Of a stretch of 64,000 nt of DNA, positions 45,274 to 54,562 are shown in pieces. The translations under genes were made by a program, and so were the position numbers. Under the pieces are notes generated by a model. The model did not search any database. It saw only the letters and a list, made by a program, of their open reading frames with translations, and was not told the DNA's origin. Source of the DNA: Burkholderiales bacterium (GTDB lineage Bacteria > Pseudomonadota > Gammaproteobacteria > Burkholderiales > SG8-39); contig DASTPE010000107.1 of NCBI GenBank assembly GCA_035762345.1, forward strand, positions 3,701-67,700. Reading direction: 5' to 3'. Positions within the stretch are counted from its first letter, which is position 1. Each line of letters begins with the position of its first letter.

Positions 45274-46748
45274 ACGAGCTCGCGCAACTCGCAAGCGGCT
45301 TCGCAGCCGCGCTAACTTTCAAGCACCTGGCGATGTGCTTCCTCGGCGTGCTGATGGGCCAGATGGTGGGCGTGCTCCCGGGGATCGGACCCTCGTCGGC
45401 GATCGCACTGCTGCTTCCGCTCACGTTCGGCGCCGATCCGACCTCGGCAATCATCCTTTTCGCCGGCATTTACTACGGCTCGCAATACGGCGGTACGCTG
45501 ACCTCGGTGCTGGTGAGCGTGCCCGGCGAGTCGAGCACGGTCATGACGACCATCGATGGCTACCAGCTCGCGCTTCAGGGCCGGGCCGGGCCGGCGCTTG
45601 GCATCGCCGCCGTGGGCTCGTTCATCGCCGGCACCCTCGGCACGATCGGGCTGATGTTGCTTGCGCCCGCGCTCGCCAGGGCGGCGCTCGCATTCGGGCC
45701 GCCGGAGTATTTCGCGCTGGTAGTACTCGGCCTTACGGCCCTGGCTGCCGTCGGCTCTTCGTTATTGAAGGGACTTGTGACCGGCGTCGCCGGGCTGCTC
45801 CTCGGCACCATCGGCATCGACCCGCAGAACGGCATCGCGCGTTTCGATTTCGGCCAGACCTGGCTTCTCGACGGCATCGAGTTCATCGTGCTCACCGTGG
45901 CGCTCTTCGGGGTCGGCGAGGTGGTGGCGAGCTCCGTGCTCGGCGTGACCCGCCCGGTCGCCGAGGTGAAGAGCGCGTTGCCGACGCGCGCCGACTGGCG
46001 CGCCTGCCGGCTGTCGATCCTGCGCGGCACCGGCATCGGCTTCCTCATCGGCGTGCTGCCCGCCGCCGGCGCGACCATCGCGTCATTCGTCGCCTACATC
46101 CTCGAGAAAAAGATCGCGCGCGATCCGTCGCGCTTCGGCAAGGGTGCGATTGAGGGCGTCGCCGCGCCCGAGGCGGCGAACAACGCCGCCGCCGCCGGCG
46201 CCATGGTGCCGATGCTGTCGCTCGGTGTGCCGGGCTCCGGCACCACCGCAATCATCCTGGGCGCGCTCATCATGTTCGGCATACGTCCCGGGCCCGAGCT
46301 CTTCGCCAAGAACGCCGACCTCGTCTGGGCGGTGATCGCGAGCATGTACATCGGCAACGTCATCCTCCTCGTCCTCAACCTGCCGCTCGCGGGCCTGTTT
46401 GCGGGGCTCCTCAAGGTCCCCTACCGATGGCTCTATCCACCCATCCTGGCGCTCTGCATTGCGGGCGTGTACTCCCAGTCGAACAGCGTCGAGGATTGCT
46501 GGCTTCTCGGCGCCTTCGGCGCCCTCGGCTGGCTGATGAAGCGATACGACTGGCCCGCGGCACCGATGGTTCTCGGCCTCGTGCTCGGGCCGCTGTTCGA
46601 GACGGCGCTACGGCAATCGCTCACCCTGTCGCACGGCAGCGGCACCATCTTCCTTACGCGGCCGATCTCGGCGACGTTGCTCGCTCTGGCACTCCTGGCA
46701 GTGACTGCCCCACTGTGGATGAGGTTTGCCCGTGCCAACCCTGCTTGA
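45270..46748 (+). CDS. tctA: TTT large permease subunit TctA
   Basis: GTG 45270 forms GTGA with the tctB stop. GVLPGIGPSSAIALLLP and YGGTLTSVLVSVPGESS are typical TctA motifs. Confidence 0.9.
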   Translation: MNELAQLASGFAAALTFKHLAMCFLGVLMGQMVGVLPGIGPSSAIALLLPLTFGADPTSAIILFAGIYYGSQYGGTLTSVLVSVPGESSTVMTTIDGYQLALQGRAGPALGIAAVGSFIAGTLGTIGLMLLAPALARAALAFGPPEYFALVVLGLTALAAVGSSLLKGLVTGVAGLLLGTIGIDPQNGIARFDFGQTWLLDGIEFIVLTVALFGVGEVVASSVLGVTRPVAEVKSALPTRADWRACRLSILRGTGIGFLIGVLPAAGATIASFVAYILEKKIARDPSRFGKGAIEGVAAPEAANNAAAAGAMVPMLSLGVPGSGTTAIILGALIMFGIRPGPELFAKNADLVWAVIASMYIGNVILLVLNLPLAGLFAGLLKVPYRWLYPPILALCIAGVYSQSNSVEDCWLLGAFGALGWLMKRYDWPAAPMVLGLVLGPLFETALRQSLTLSHGSGTIFLTRPISATLLALALLAVTAPLWMRFARANPA

Positions 46749-47553
46749 CCGGATCGGAGTCGACATCAATCAGAAGCTCGCGCTCGAGCCTGCGCTCGAT
46801 TGGGCGGTGAAGCACAAGGTGCCCTATATCGATCTGTGCCTCGACCAGACCCCCGAGCTCCTGGAAAAAGACTCGCCGCGGCTAAAGAAGGCGAGAGCCA
46901 GGCTGGAGAAGGCGGAAATCCGGCTCGGGCTCCACACGCTCTCCGCGGTGAACATCGCGGAGACCTCGCCTTTCGTCGCCGAGGCGGCCGACGAGTACCT
47001 GGAGGCCTACATCGATGCGGCCCGACGGCTCGGCGCGGGCTGGATCGTGGTGCACGGCGGCTACCACTTCGGCTCCGACAAGCGCGCGCGCATGGAAGCG
47101 GCCGTCGCACGTATCGCCCGAGCGGCCAAGATTGCCGAGAAAAAGAAGGTGAGGCTTCTTCTCGAGAACCTCAATCCCGAGCCCGATGAGGCGGAAGTGC
47201 ATTACCTCGCCAACGATCTCGAGGAATGCCGCTATTACTTCGAGCGGCTGGACTCGCCCGCGCTCGGCTGGAGCTTCACCGTAAACCACGCCCACATCCG
47301 CCCGAACCGCATCGAGGCGTTCATGGCGGGGCTGGACCTGCGCCGCTGCGGCGAGGTGCGCCTCGCCGACTGCCGCGGCACGCACGAGGAGCACTTGCGG
47401 CCGGGCGAAGGCACGATCGACTTTCCCGCCATGTTCGCTGCCATCGAAGGCAGCGGATATCGCGGCCACTACATGCAGGCCTTCGGCAGCCTGGACGACA
47501 TGCTGGAGGGACGCGCGCTGCTCGCACAGTTGGCAAAGGAGGGTCCCAAGTGA
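46732..47553 (+). CDS. Sugar phosphate isomerase/epimerase (xylose isomerase-like TIM barrel)
   Basis: GTG 46732 (or TTG 46726), overlapping the tctA end. VVHGGYHF and LLLENLNPEP motifs of the AP_endonuc_2 fold. Confidence 0.75.
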   Translation: MPTLLDRIGVDINQKLALEPALDWAVKHKVPYIDLCLDQTPELLEKDSPRLKKARARLEKAEIRLGLHTLSAVNIAETSPFVAEAADEYLEAYIDAARRLGAGWIVVHGGYHFGSDKRARMEAAVARIARAAKIAEKKKVRLLLENLNPEPDEAEVHYLANDLEECRYYFERLDSPALGWSFTVNHAHIRPNRIEAFMAGLDLRRCGEVRLADCRGTHEEHLRPGEGTIDFPAMFAAIEGSGYRGHYMQAFGSLDDMLEGRALLAQLAKEGPK

Positions 47554-48623
47554 AGCGCATCGGATGGCTGCTTGCCTTGATCGCTTGCTCCAGCTTCGCT
47601 GTGGAGCCGGAACAAATCCAGCGACTGAAGGTGCCTCCGCTGCCCTCGCCGCAGGGCGACGAGCGGGGCATGGCGAACCAGATCGGCCCGGCCACTTACC
47701 AGCGCTGCGCGTGGCACATGCAGCAGCCCGGGGCAAAAGCGTACGAGCTATCCCACTTCCGCACCAATACCATGCCGGCGTCGCCTTTCGCCGGGGCTGC
47801 GCACACAAAGGCGAAGCCCACGGCCGGCATTCCGGGGACCGCTCATGCTTTCAATTCAGAGCAGCTCGGCGAAGGCGCAGAGCCCGCGCAGCAGGGCACG
47901 CAGATGGACGCGCTCGGGCACTTCGCCTATCTGCGCCAGCCCTGGGACGGGAAGAGCGAATTCCCGGCGGATGCCGCACTGTACTACGGCGGGTTCACGC
48001 AGAAGGACGTGAAGCCGACGGCGGACTCACCACTGCTCAGGCTGGGGATCGAGAAGGCGCCGCCGATCGTCACGAGTGCGGTCTTGTTCGACGCAAAGGC
48101 CTACAAGAAGAAAGCCATGGAAGCGGGCGAGCTCGTGACCGCGCAGGACCTCGAAGGAATGCTCAAGGCCCAGGGCCTCGGAAAGCGCGGCGTGCTGCCA
48201 GGGGACGTGGTCTACGTGCGCACCGGCTGGAGCGACCATTGGCGAGATCCTGACACCGAGAAGTTCTACTACACCAAGGCGCCCGGGCTCTCCTTCGATG
48301 CGGCGCAATGGCTCGCCGCGCGGCGCATCGTCGTGATCGCGCTCGACACGCCCTTCGTCGACACGGTGGCCGAGGGTCAGCTGCAAGGCAAGGGCGGGCC
48401 GGCGCCCGGTACCCCGCCCGGTCTGCCTTTCGCGGTCCACCACCACATGCTCTCGCAGGCCGGAATCCACCTCGTCGAGAACGCCAAGCTCGACGAGCTG
48501 GCGGCCGACCGGGTCTGGACGTCGTGCACCATGATCCTGCCTCTGCGCGACAAAGGCGCAGCGGGCTCAGCCGTGCGCCCGATCGCTATTGGTGCACCGT
48601 CTAAAGCAGCTGCACAAAAATGA
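47550..48623 (+). CDS. Exported cyclase-family (kynurenine formamidase-like fold) protein with a degenerate metal motif
   Basis: GTG 47550 forms GTGA with the upstream stop. Signal peptide VKRIGWLLALIACSSFA. QQGTQMDALGH sits where the family has HxGTHxDxPxH. Family call from memory. Confidence 0.5.
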   Translation: MKRIGWLLALIACSSFAVEPEQIQRLKVPPLPSPQGDERGMANQIGPATYQRCAWHMQQPGAKAYELSHFRTNTMPASPFAGAAHTKAKPTAGIPGTAHAFNSEQLGEGAEPAQQGTQMDALGHFAYLRQPWDGKSEFPADAALYYGGFTQKDVKPTADSPLLRLGIEKAPPIVTSAVLFDAKAYKKKAMEAGELVTAQDLEGMLKAQGLGKRGVLPGDVVYVRTGWSDHWRDPDTEKFYYTKAPGLSFDAAQWLAARRIVVIALDTPFVDTVAEGQLQGKGGPAPGTPPGLPFAVHHHMLSQAGIHLVENAKLDELAADRVWTSCTMILPLRDKGAAGSAVRPIAIGAPSKAAAQK

Positions 48624-48987
48624 GAATCATCCCGATCACGGACACGGTCCATACCGCGGTGCGGAGCCACGGAATGCCGGCCATATAGACCAGGGCGTAG
48701 GCGAGCCTCGCCCAAAAGAAGAGCTGCGCCCCCAGAAGCGTGGTGGAATTCGTCTTGCTCGTCACCACGGCGATCAGAACCAGCGCGGCGAAAAGCACCA
48801 GGTTTTCGAGCATATTGCGGTGCGCGCGCTGCGCCCGCCCCGCCCAGCCGGTGAATGGAGGCAGTCCCTCGCGGCTACCGGCAACCGCCGGCAAGCCGAC
48901 CTGCAGGGTTGCGCCGCCTACTGCGACGAGCATCTGCACGAAAGTGAGCGCGACCGCCCACAGCAGCCAAACAAGCTCTGGTTTCAT
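48601..48987 (-). CDS. MAPEG-family membrane protein
   Basis: 128 aa with 3-4 TM segments. RAQRAHRNMLENLVLFAALVL is typical of MAPEG. Confidence 0.75.
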   Translation of the reverse strand: MKPELVWLLWAVALTFVQMLVAVGGATLQVGLPAVAGSREGLPPFTGWAGRAQRAHRNMLENLVLFAALVLIAVVTSKTNSTTLLGAQLFFWARLAYALVYMAGIPWLRTAVWTVSVIGMILIFVQLL

Positions 48988-49037
48988 GGCAATACCTCCC
49001 TGAAGGAGGCATTGTCATCCAAATGCTGCGCGTGCGC

Positions 49038-49388
49038 TCAGCGCTGCCAGGAAGCCCGGCGGAACTTCTTGCGGCGCGACACCACGGAGAGCTGCCGGCC
49101 GGCGAACTCATGAACTTTCTCGCGGATGGCGGCGCGCAGATCTGACGGCAGCGCAGCAGCGGCATCCTCGAATAGCGCAACCACATCTCGCGATGCGGGA
49201 CCATCGTGGTAGAAGCCGCGCTGCTTGTCCCACACCAGGGCGCGCTCGCTCGCGTCGCCGCCGTAGCACAGCTGAAACAGCGTCACCTCGCCGTTCGCCT
49301 GCCAGACAAAGAGGTCGAAATACTCGTCGTGGAACCACCGCCGCTTTGCCGGCGGGTCGTCGGCGACGCCTAGGATCTCTTTGAGCAT
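49038..49388 (-). CDS. Hypothetical protein (116 aa)
   Basis: Clean ORF with genome-typical codon usage. No family recognised. Confidence 0.5.
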   Translation of the reverse strand: MLKEILGVADDPPAKRRWFHDEYFDLFVWQANGEVTLFQLCYGGDASERALVWDKQRGFYHDGPASRDVVALFEDAAAALPSDLRAAIREKVHEFAGRQLSVVSRRKKFRRASWQR

Positions 49389-49688
49389 GTTCTCGTCAAC
49401 GTTTTGACCGCTGCAGCGTTGCCAAATTCTGTCACCGAATCGTTACCCGCGGTAGCAACAGCCTTCCTGCGGCGCAGTGAATTCGCGCGCCGGTGTCGGG
49501 AAACGTCCCGTCGCGCGCTCATTCTATTACGTCAACCGATTTTTCGTAGACCCGTTGGACGGTGCATTACTTGCTCTCCACGATGGTATGGCGGGCACTT
49601 GTTCGTGTCTGATCGCTCTGGAAAGTGAACCGGCGCACGCGCGCGCTGCACACAATCTTGCTTGCTCTAAGATCTTGAGAGGATCAGT

Positions 49689-51656
49689 ATGTACCAAGAG
49701 GTGACCGTGATGCGATCAGGCAGCGGCAATACCGGGCGCCACGAGGACGTGCTCAAGTCCCTGGCGCAGTTCAGCAAGGAGCACCGCGCGGCGCGCTGGT
49801 CAGGGACTTTCGGCGGCTTTCTCGAGAGCGTGTTTCCCGCCGATGCGCGCGCCATCGCGCGAACCAGCCACCAGTACATCTGGGACATGATGCGCACCGA
49901 GGGCTTCGAGGACGCAAGCGGCCGGCTACGCTGCCAGCTGTTCGAGGACGAGCTCTACGGCATCAGCGACACCATCGAGCGCGTGGTCGACTATTTCAAG
50001 GCGGCCGCGGCCGGATCTGAGGTCGGCAGGCGGCTGCTGCTGCTGCTCGGACCGCCCTCCGGCGGCAAGTCGACCATGGTGATCCTGCTCAAGCGCGGCC
50101 TCGAGGAGTACAGCCATACCGACGCCGGCGCGCTCTACGGCATCCACGGCTGCCCAGTGCACGAGTCGCCGCTGCACCTCGTGCCGCACACGCTGCGCGG
50201 GCAATTCCGCACGACCTACGGGGTCGATGTCTCGGGCGAGCTTTGTCCCTACTGCGCCACGCGCCTGCAGCACGACTTTGGCGGCGATTTCATGCAGGTG
50301 CCGGTGCACCGTATCTTCATCTCGGAAGCTGGCCGCGTCGGCGTAGGCACCTATGCGCCGCACGACCCGAGCACCGCCGACATCGCCGATCTCGTCGGCT
50401 CGGTGGACCTGTCCAAGGTGGCGGAGTTCGGCGATGAGGGCGACCCCCGCGCCTGGTCCTGGTCGGGCGCGGTGTTCGCCGCGAGCCGGGGCCTGCTCGA
50501 GATGATCGAGATCCTCAAGGTGAAGCGCGAGTTCCTGTACCTCCTGCTTACGCTCACTCAGGAAAAGAACGTCAAGGTGTCGCGCTTTCCGCTGATCCAC
50601 CTCGACGAGACCATCCTCGCGCACACGAACCTCGCCGAGTTCCGCAAGTTCCTGCAGGAGCCGGAGAACGAAGCGCTGCTCGACCGCATGGTGATCATCC
50701 AGGTGCCCTATACGCTGTCCTACAAGGAGGAGGCGAGGATCTACCGCAAGCTCACCTCGTCGACCCAGGCGTTCCGCGAGGTGCACCTTGACCCGCACGT
50801 GCTGCACGTCGCCGCGGTGTTCGCGGTGCTCACGCGCCTCGCGGAAGGCGAGGAGCGCGAGGCCGACAACCTGAAGAAGGTGCGCCTGTACGCGGGCGAG
50901 GACGTCGAAGGAGTATCGCAGTCGCAGTCCGAGGTCGAGAAGATGCGGGCGAAGAACCCCGACGAGGGCCTGGCGGGCGTATCACCCCGCTTCGTCATCA
51001 ACGCGCTCTCGAACGCGATCATCCAGTCGCAGGCGAAGAGCCTGACCACCATGAACGTGCTGATCGCGCTCAAGGACGCGATCGACTCGGACGTGCGCAT
51101 CGACGGCAAGAAGAAGCGCAAGTGGATCGACTTCCTGGTGACCGTGCGCAAGGATTTCTACAACCGCTGGGTCAAGGAGGACGTGCACAAGGCGCTGTTC
51201 GTGTCCTTCGAGGACGAGGCGCAGCAGCTGCTCGAGAAGTACCTGGACGAGGTCGAGGCCACGCTCGACAACCGCAGCATCAAGGACCCGATTACCAACG
51301 AGGAGCGCAAGCCCGACGAGCGCTTCCTGCGCTCGGTCGAGGAGAAGATCAAGATCTCCGAGTCGGGCAAGCTCTCGTTCCGCCAGGAGGTGGTGCGCAA
51401 GGCCATGGGCGCCTACAAGCGTGGCGAGAAGTTCACCCTCGACAATCACGCGCCGCTGCACGACGCAGTGGAGCAGTACCTGTTCGAGCAGCGCCGCGAC
51501 GTGCTGCGCCTGGTCTCGTCGGCGTCGCGCCCGGACGAGGAGACGCGGCAGAAGATCTCGGTGGTCGAGAAGCGCCTGGTCGACGAGTACGGCTACGACT
51601 CGCACAGCGCCCGCGAGGCGCTGAACTACGTGACCACCCTGCTCGCGCAGGAATGA
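49689..51656 (+). CDS. prkA: PrkA-family serine protein kinase (YeaG-like)
   Basis: ATG behind GAGAGGA. Walker-A-like LLLLGPPSGGKST and a long C-terminal PrkA domain. Followed by DUF444 and SpoVR genes. Confidence 0.85.
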   Translation: MYQEVTVMRSGSGNTGRHEDVLKSLAQFSKEHRAARWSGTFGGFLESVFPADARAIARTSHQYIWDMMRTEGFEDASGRLRCQLFEDELYGISDTIERVVDYFKAAAAGSEVGRRLLLLLGPPSGGKSTMVILLKRGLEEYSHTDAGALYGIHGCPVHESPLHLVPHTLRGQFRTTYGVDVSGELCPYCATRLQHDFGGDFMQVPVHRIFISEAGRVGVGTYAPHDPSTADIADLVGSVDLSKVAEFGDEGDPRAWSWSGAVFAASRGLLEMIEILKVKREFLYLLLTLTQEKNVKVSRFPLIHLDETILAHTNLAEFRKFLQEPENEALLDRMVIIQVPYTLSYKEEARIYRKLTSSTQAFREVHLDPHVLHVAAVFAVLTRLAEGEEREADNLKKVRLYAGEDVEGVSQSQSEVEKMRAKNPDEGLAGVSPRFVINALSNAIIQSQAKSLTTMNVLIALKDAIDSDVRIDGKKKRKWIDFLVTVRKDFYNRWVKEDVHKALFVSFEDEAQQLLEKYLDEVEATLDNRSIKDPITNEERKPDERFLRSVEEKIKISESGKLSFRQEVVRKAMGAYKRGEKFTLDNHAPLHDAVEQYLFEQRRDVLRLVSSASRPDEETRQKISVVEKRLVDEYGYDSHSAREALNYVTTLLAQE

Positions 51657-51666
51657 GCTAGCGTCC

Positions 51667-52812
51667 ATGATCCGCATCGCGGCGGAAACCCCCTGGTACG
51701 ACCTCTTCTCGCGAGGCGCCAGGGACTGGCTGCGGCACAACCAGAAGGTGCGCGCGGCAGTCAAGGAGAGCCTGCCCGAGCTGCTCGCCGGCGCAGACCT
51801 CATCAGCCGCCCGGGCAACCGCACGGTCGCGGTGCCGGTGAAGTTTCTCGAGCACGCGCGCTTCCGCCTGCTCGATTCCGACACTCAGACCGGCGCCGGT
51901 CAGGGCAAGGGCCAGCCCGGGGACGTGCTGCGCCCAGCGCGCGAGGAAGGCGACCAGCGCGGCCAGGCCGGCACGGGCAACGGCGAAATCCGCTTCGTGG
52001 TCGAGCTCAAGGTCGATGAGATCGTCGACTGGCTGTGGGAGGAGCTCAAGCTCCCCGAGCTCAAGCCCAAGCGCGCCTCCGCGCTGGACGAGCCCGACTA
52101 CGTCCGCGAGGGGTGGGACAAGCGGGGCGCGCGCTCGCGCCTGGACCGCCGGCGCACGCTCAAGGAAGCCGCCAAGCGCCACGCGGTGCAGGAGGACGCG
52201 CTCGCCATCATCAACGAGGACCTGCGCTTTCGCCAGCTGCACCGCCGCTCCCTGCCGGCGACCAACGCCGCGGTCATATTCGCGCTCGACGTCTCGGGCA
52301 GCATGGACGAGGCGCAGCGCCGACTCGCCAAGCAGTTCTTTTTCTTCGCGCTGCAGGGCATCCGCCGGCAGTACACCAAGGTCGAGACGCTCTTCCTCGC
52401 GCACGCGGCGCAGGCGTGGGAATTCGACGAGAGCCAGTTCTTCCAGGCCTCCTCGAGCGGCGGCACGGTGAGCTCGAGCGTCGCCCGCCTGGCGCTCGAA
52501 GTGCTGCAGAGCCGCTACGACCCGAGCCGCTACAACGCCTATTTCTTCTATGCCTCGGACGGCGAGAACGCCGCCGAGGACCGTGAAGCGGCGCGCGCGG
52601 CGCTCGGCGAGCTCGCGGGGCTGCTCAACTACGCGGGATACGTCGAGACCGGAGGCGTCGCGACCTTCCGCCCCCGCGAGACGCAGCTCGCGGAGCTTTT
52701 CGGCGAGCTGAAGGCGAAAGGCCACCCGGTGGGCGTCAGCCACCTCGGCTCGCAGGACGACATCTGGCGCGCGATCAGGGAGTTTTTCACCGAGCAAGCC
52801 GCGCATGACTGA
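51667..52812 (+). CDS. yeaH: DUF444 (YeaH-like) protein with a vWA-like region
   Basis: Position between the prkA and spoVR-family genes. VIFALDVSGSMD MIDAS-like motif. Confidence 0.8.
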   Translation: MIRIAAETPWYDLFSRGARDWLRHNQKVRAAVKESLPELLAGADLISRPGNRTVAVPVKFLEHARFRLLDSDTQTGAGQGKGQPGDVLRPAREEGDQRGQAGTGNGEIRFVVELKVDEIVDWLWEELKLPELKPKRASALDEPDYVREGWDKRGARSRLDRRRTLKEAAKRHAVQEDALAIINEDLRFRQLHRRSLPATNAAVIFALDVSGSMDEAQRRLAKQFFFFALQGIRRQYTKVETLFLAHAAQAWEFDESQFFQASSSGGTVSSSVARLALEVLQSRYDPSRYNAYFFYASDGENAAEDREAARAALGELAGLLNYAGYVETGGVATFRPRETQLAELFGELKAKGHPVGVSHLGSQDDIWRAIREFFTEQAAHD

Positions 52813-54163
52813 GCTGGACGGCTACGCCGAGCGCATCGAGTCGCTCGCGCGGCGCCTCGGCCTCGATTACTACCCGGTCGACTTCGAGCTCGCGCCGCAG
52901 AGCCTGATGACCGAGATCGCGGTCTACGGCCTGCCGATCCGCATGCCGCACTGGTCCTTCGGCGTGCGCTACATCCACCAGCTCGTGCGCCAGAGCATGG
53001 GTCATTCCAAGATCTTCGAGGTCATGTTCCCGGGCGACCCGTGCCGCGCGTTCCTGATGGACTCGAACTCGCTCGCGGAGAACGCGCTCGTCACCGCGCA
53101 CGTGATCGGCCACGCCGACTTCTCCAAGAACAATCAGCTGTTCGCCCGCTTCCACGACATGGCGGGCGGCAACATCGTCGAGCACGCCGCGGCGCACGCG
53201 CAGCGCATCCAGCAGGCGATCGAGTCGGCCGGCCTGGAGCGCGTCGAAGCGGTGCTCGACGCCGCGCTCGCGCTTGAATCGCACGTCGATGTCACCGGCG
53301 AGCTGCACCGCGCACGCTATCCCGAAATGGTCGCCGACAAGCCCGCCGCGAAGCTGACCGCATTCCAGAAGCGCTTCCAGGGGTTGCCGGGCGAGTCGGC
53401 GCCCGAGCCGCCGCCGATGGGGCCGGTGCGAGCGCGGGTGCCGCCGCACCCCGAATACGATCTGCTCTGGTTCATCGCCAACTACGCCCCCGAGCTCGAG
53501 CAGTGGGAGCGCGACATCTTTCTCGCGGTGCGCGCCGAGTCGCTCTACTTCTACCCCGTGTTCGCCTGCCAGATCATGAACGAAGGCTGGGCTTCGTACT
53601 GGCACGCACGCCTGCTGCGCGAGGCCGACTTCCTGGGCCAGCCGACCTACCTCGCGGCGATCAAGGCGCATTCCGACGTGGTGCGGCCTTTCGCCTCGGG
53701 CGAGGAGACCGCGCTCGCTATCAACCCCTACCACTTGGGCTTCACGCTGTGGGAGACGATCGTCGAGCGCCACGGCATCGCACGAGCGCGCGAGGTGATG
53801 CGGGAGGAGGACGACTTCGGCTTCATCCGCAACTGGCTCGACCGCGAGCTCGCCGAGAAGCTCGACCTCTTCGTCTACGAGGTGCGCCGCGGCGACGAAA
53901 TCCGCGTGGCCAACCGCGATCTGGAGGCGGTGCGCGAGGCCATCCTCGCGCCCAAGTTCAACTTCGGCGCGCCGCGCGTCGCGGCGGTCGAGCTCAAGCC
54001 CGACAGCGGGCTCGTGCTCGCGCACGACCACGAGAGCGACGGCCGCGGCCTGGACGCGGCGCGCGCCAAGAAGGTGCTCGAGTACTCGCGTCGCGTGTGG
54101 CGGCGCCCGGTGCGCCTGCACACCGTCAACGAGCGCGGCGAGCCGATCGAACTGCTGGCCTAG
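52805..54163 (+). CDS. ycgB: SpoVR/YcgB-family protein
   Basis: 8-nt overlap with yeaH. GLDYYPVDFE, MPHWSFG and NEGWASYWH are hallmarks of SpoVR. Confidence 0.85.
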   Translation: MTELDGYAERIESLARRLGLDYYPVDFELAPQSLMTEIAVYGLPIRMPHWSFGVRYIHQLVRQSMGHSKIFEVMFPGDPCRAFLMDSNSLAENALVTAHVIGHADFSKNNQLFARFHDMAGGNIVEHAAAHAQRIQQAIESAGLERVEAVLDAALALESHVDVTGELHRARYPEMVADKPAAKLTAFQKRFQGLPGESAPEPPPMGPVRARVPPHPEYDLLWFIANYAPELEQWERDIFLAVRAESLYFYPVFACQIMNEGWASYWHARLLREADFLGQPTYLAAIKAHSDVVRPFASGEETALAINPYHLGFTLWETIVERHGIARAREVMREEDDFGFIRNWLDRELAEKLDLFVYEVRRGDEIRVANRDLEAVREAILAPKFNFGAPRVAAVELKPDSGLVLAHDHESDGRGLDAARAKKVLEYSRRVWRRPVRLHTVNERGEPIELLA

Positions 54164-54516
54164 ATAATGATGACGAGCAGCAGGATGATGATGATCAGCA
54201 GCAGCAGCTGCTCGTTGCTGAGCTGCCCGCCCGCGAGCGCGGCGTCGAGCCGCCCCGCGAGCTGAAGCACTTCGGCGTCTGACATCGCGTCGACGCGCGC
54301 CGCCGCCTCCTGCGGCACGATCCCCATTTTCGACAGCGCCGCTGCGAGCTCGGGGCGCTCCACCAGCGCCCGCACGCGCGCGCGCTCATCCTGCGCGAGG
54401 CCGCTGTCCGTGGCGATGACTCCCGCATGCGCCTGCGGCGCGAGACAAGCGGCCGCAAGGCCGAACACGAGCACGATCCAGAAATCGACGAACAGCTTTC
54501 TCAGTCGGCGGGGCAT
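54160..54516 (-). CDS. PA2779-family small exported protein with an all-Leu/Ile/Val C-terminal anchor
   Basis: ATG 54516 behind AAAGGAG. Signal peptide, GIVPQEAAARVDAMSDAEVLQLAGRLDAALAGG, then LLLLIIIILLLVIII. Family call from memory. Confidence 0.6.
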   Translation of the reverse strand: MPRRLRKLFVDFWIVLVFGLAAACLAPQAHAGVIATDSGLAQDERARVRALVERPELAAALSKMGIVPQEAAARVDAMSDAEVLQLAGRLDAALAGGQLSNEQLLLLIIIILLLVIII

Positions 54517-54562
54517 GGCCACTCCTTTCGGTATGGCAAAAATATAGCCTACACTCGGAAGC

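Noticed and set aside
49646-49664. Sigma-54-like promoter CTGCAC-N-CTTGCT upstream of prkA.
   Set aside because: The invariant -24 GG is TG here, and the GC-to-GC spacing is off by one relative to TGGCAC-N5-TTGC. Not strong enough to call.
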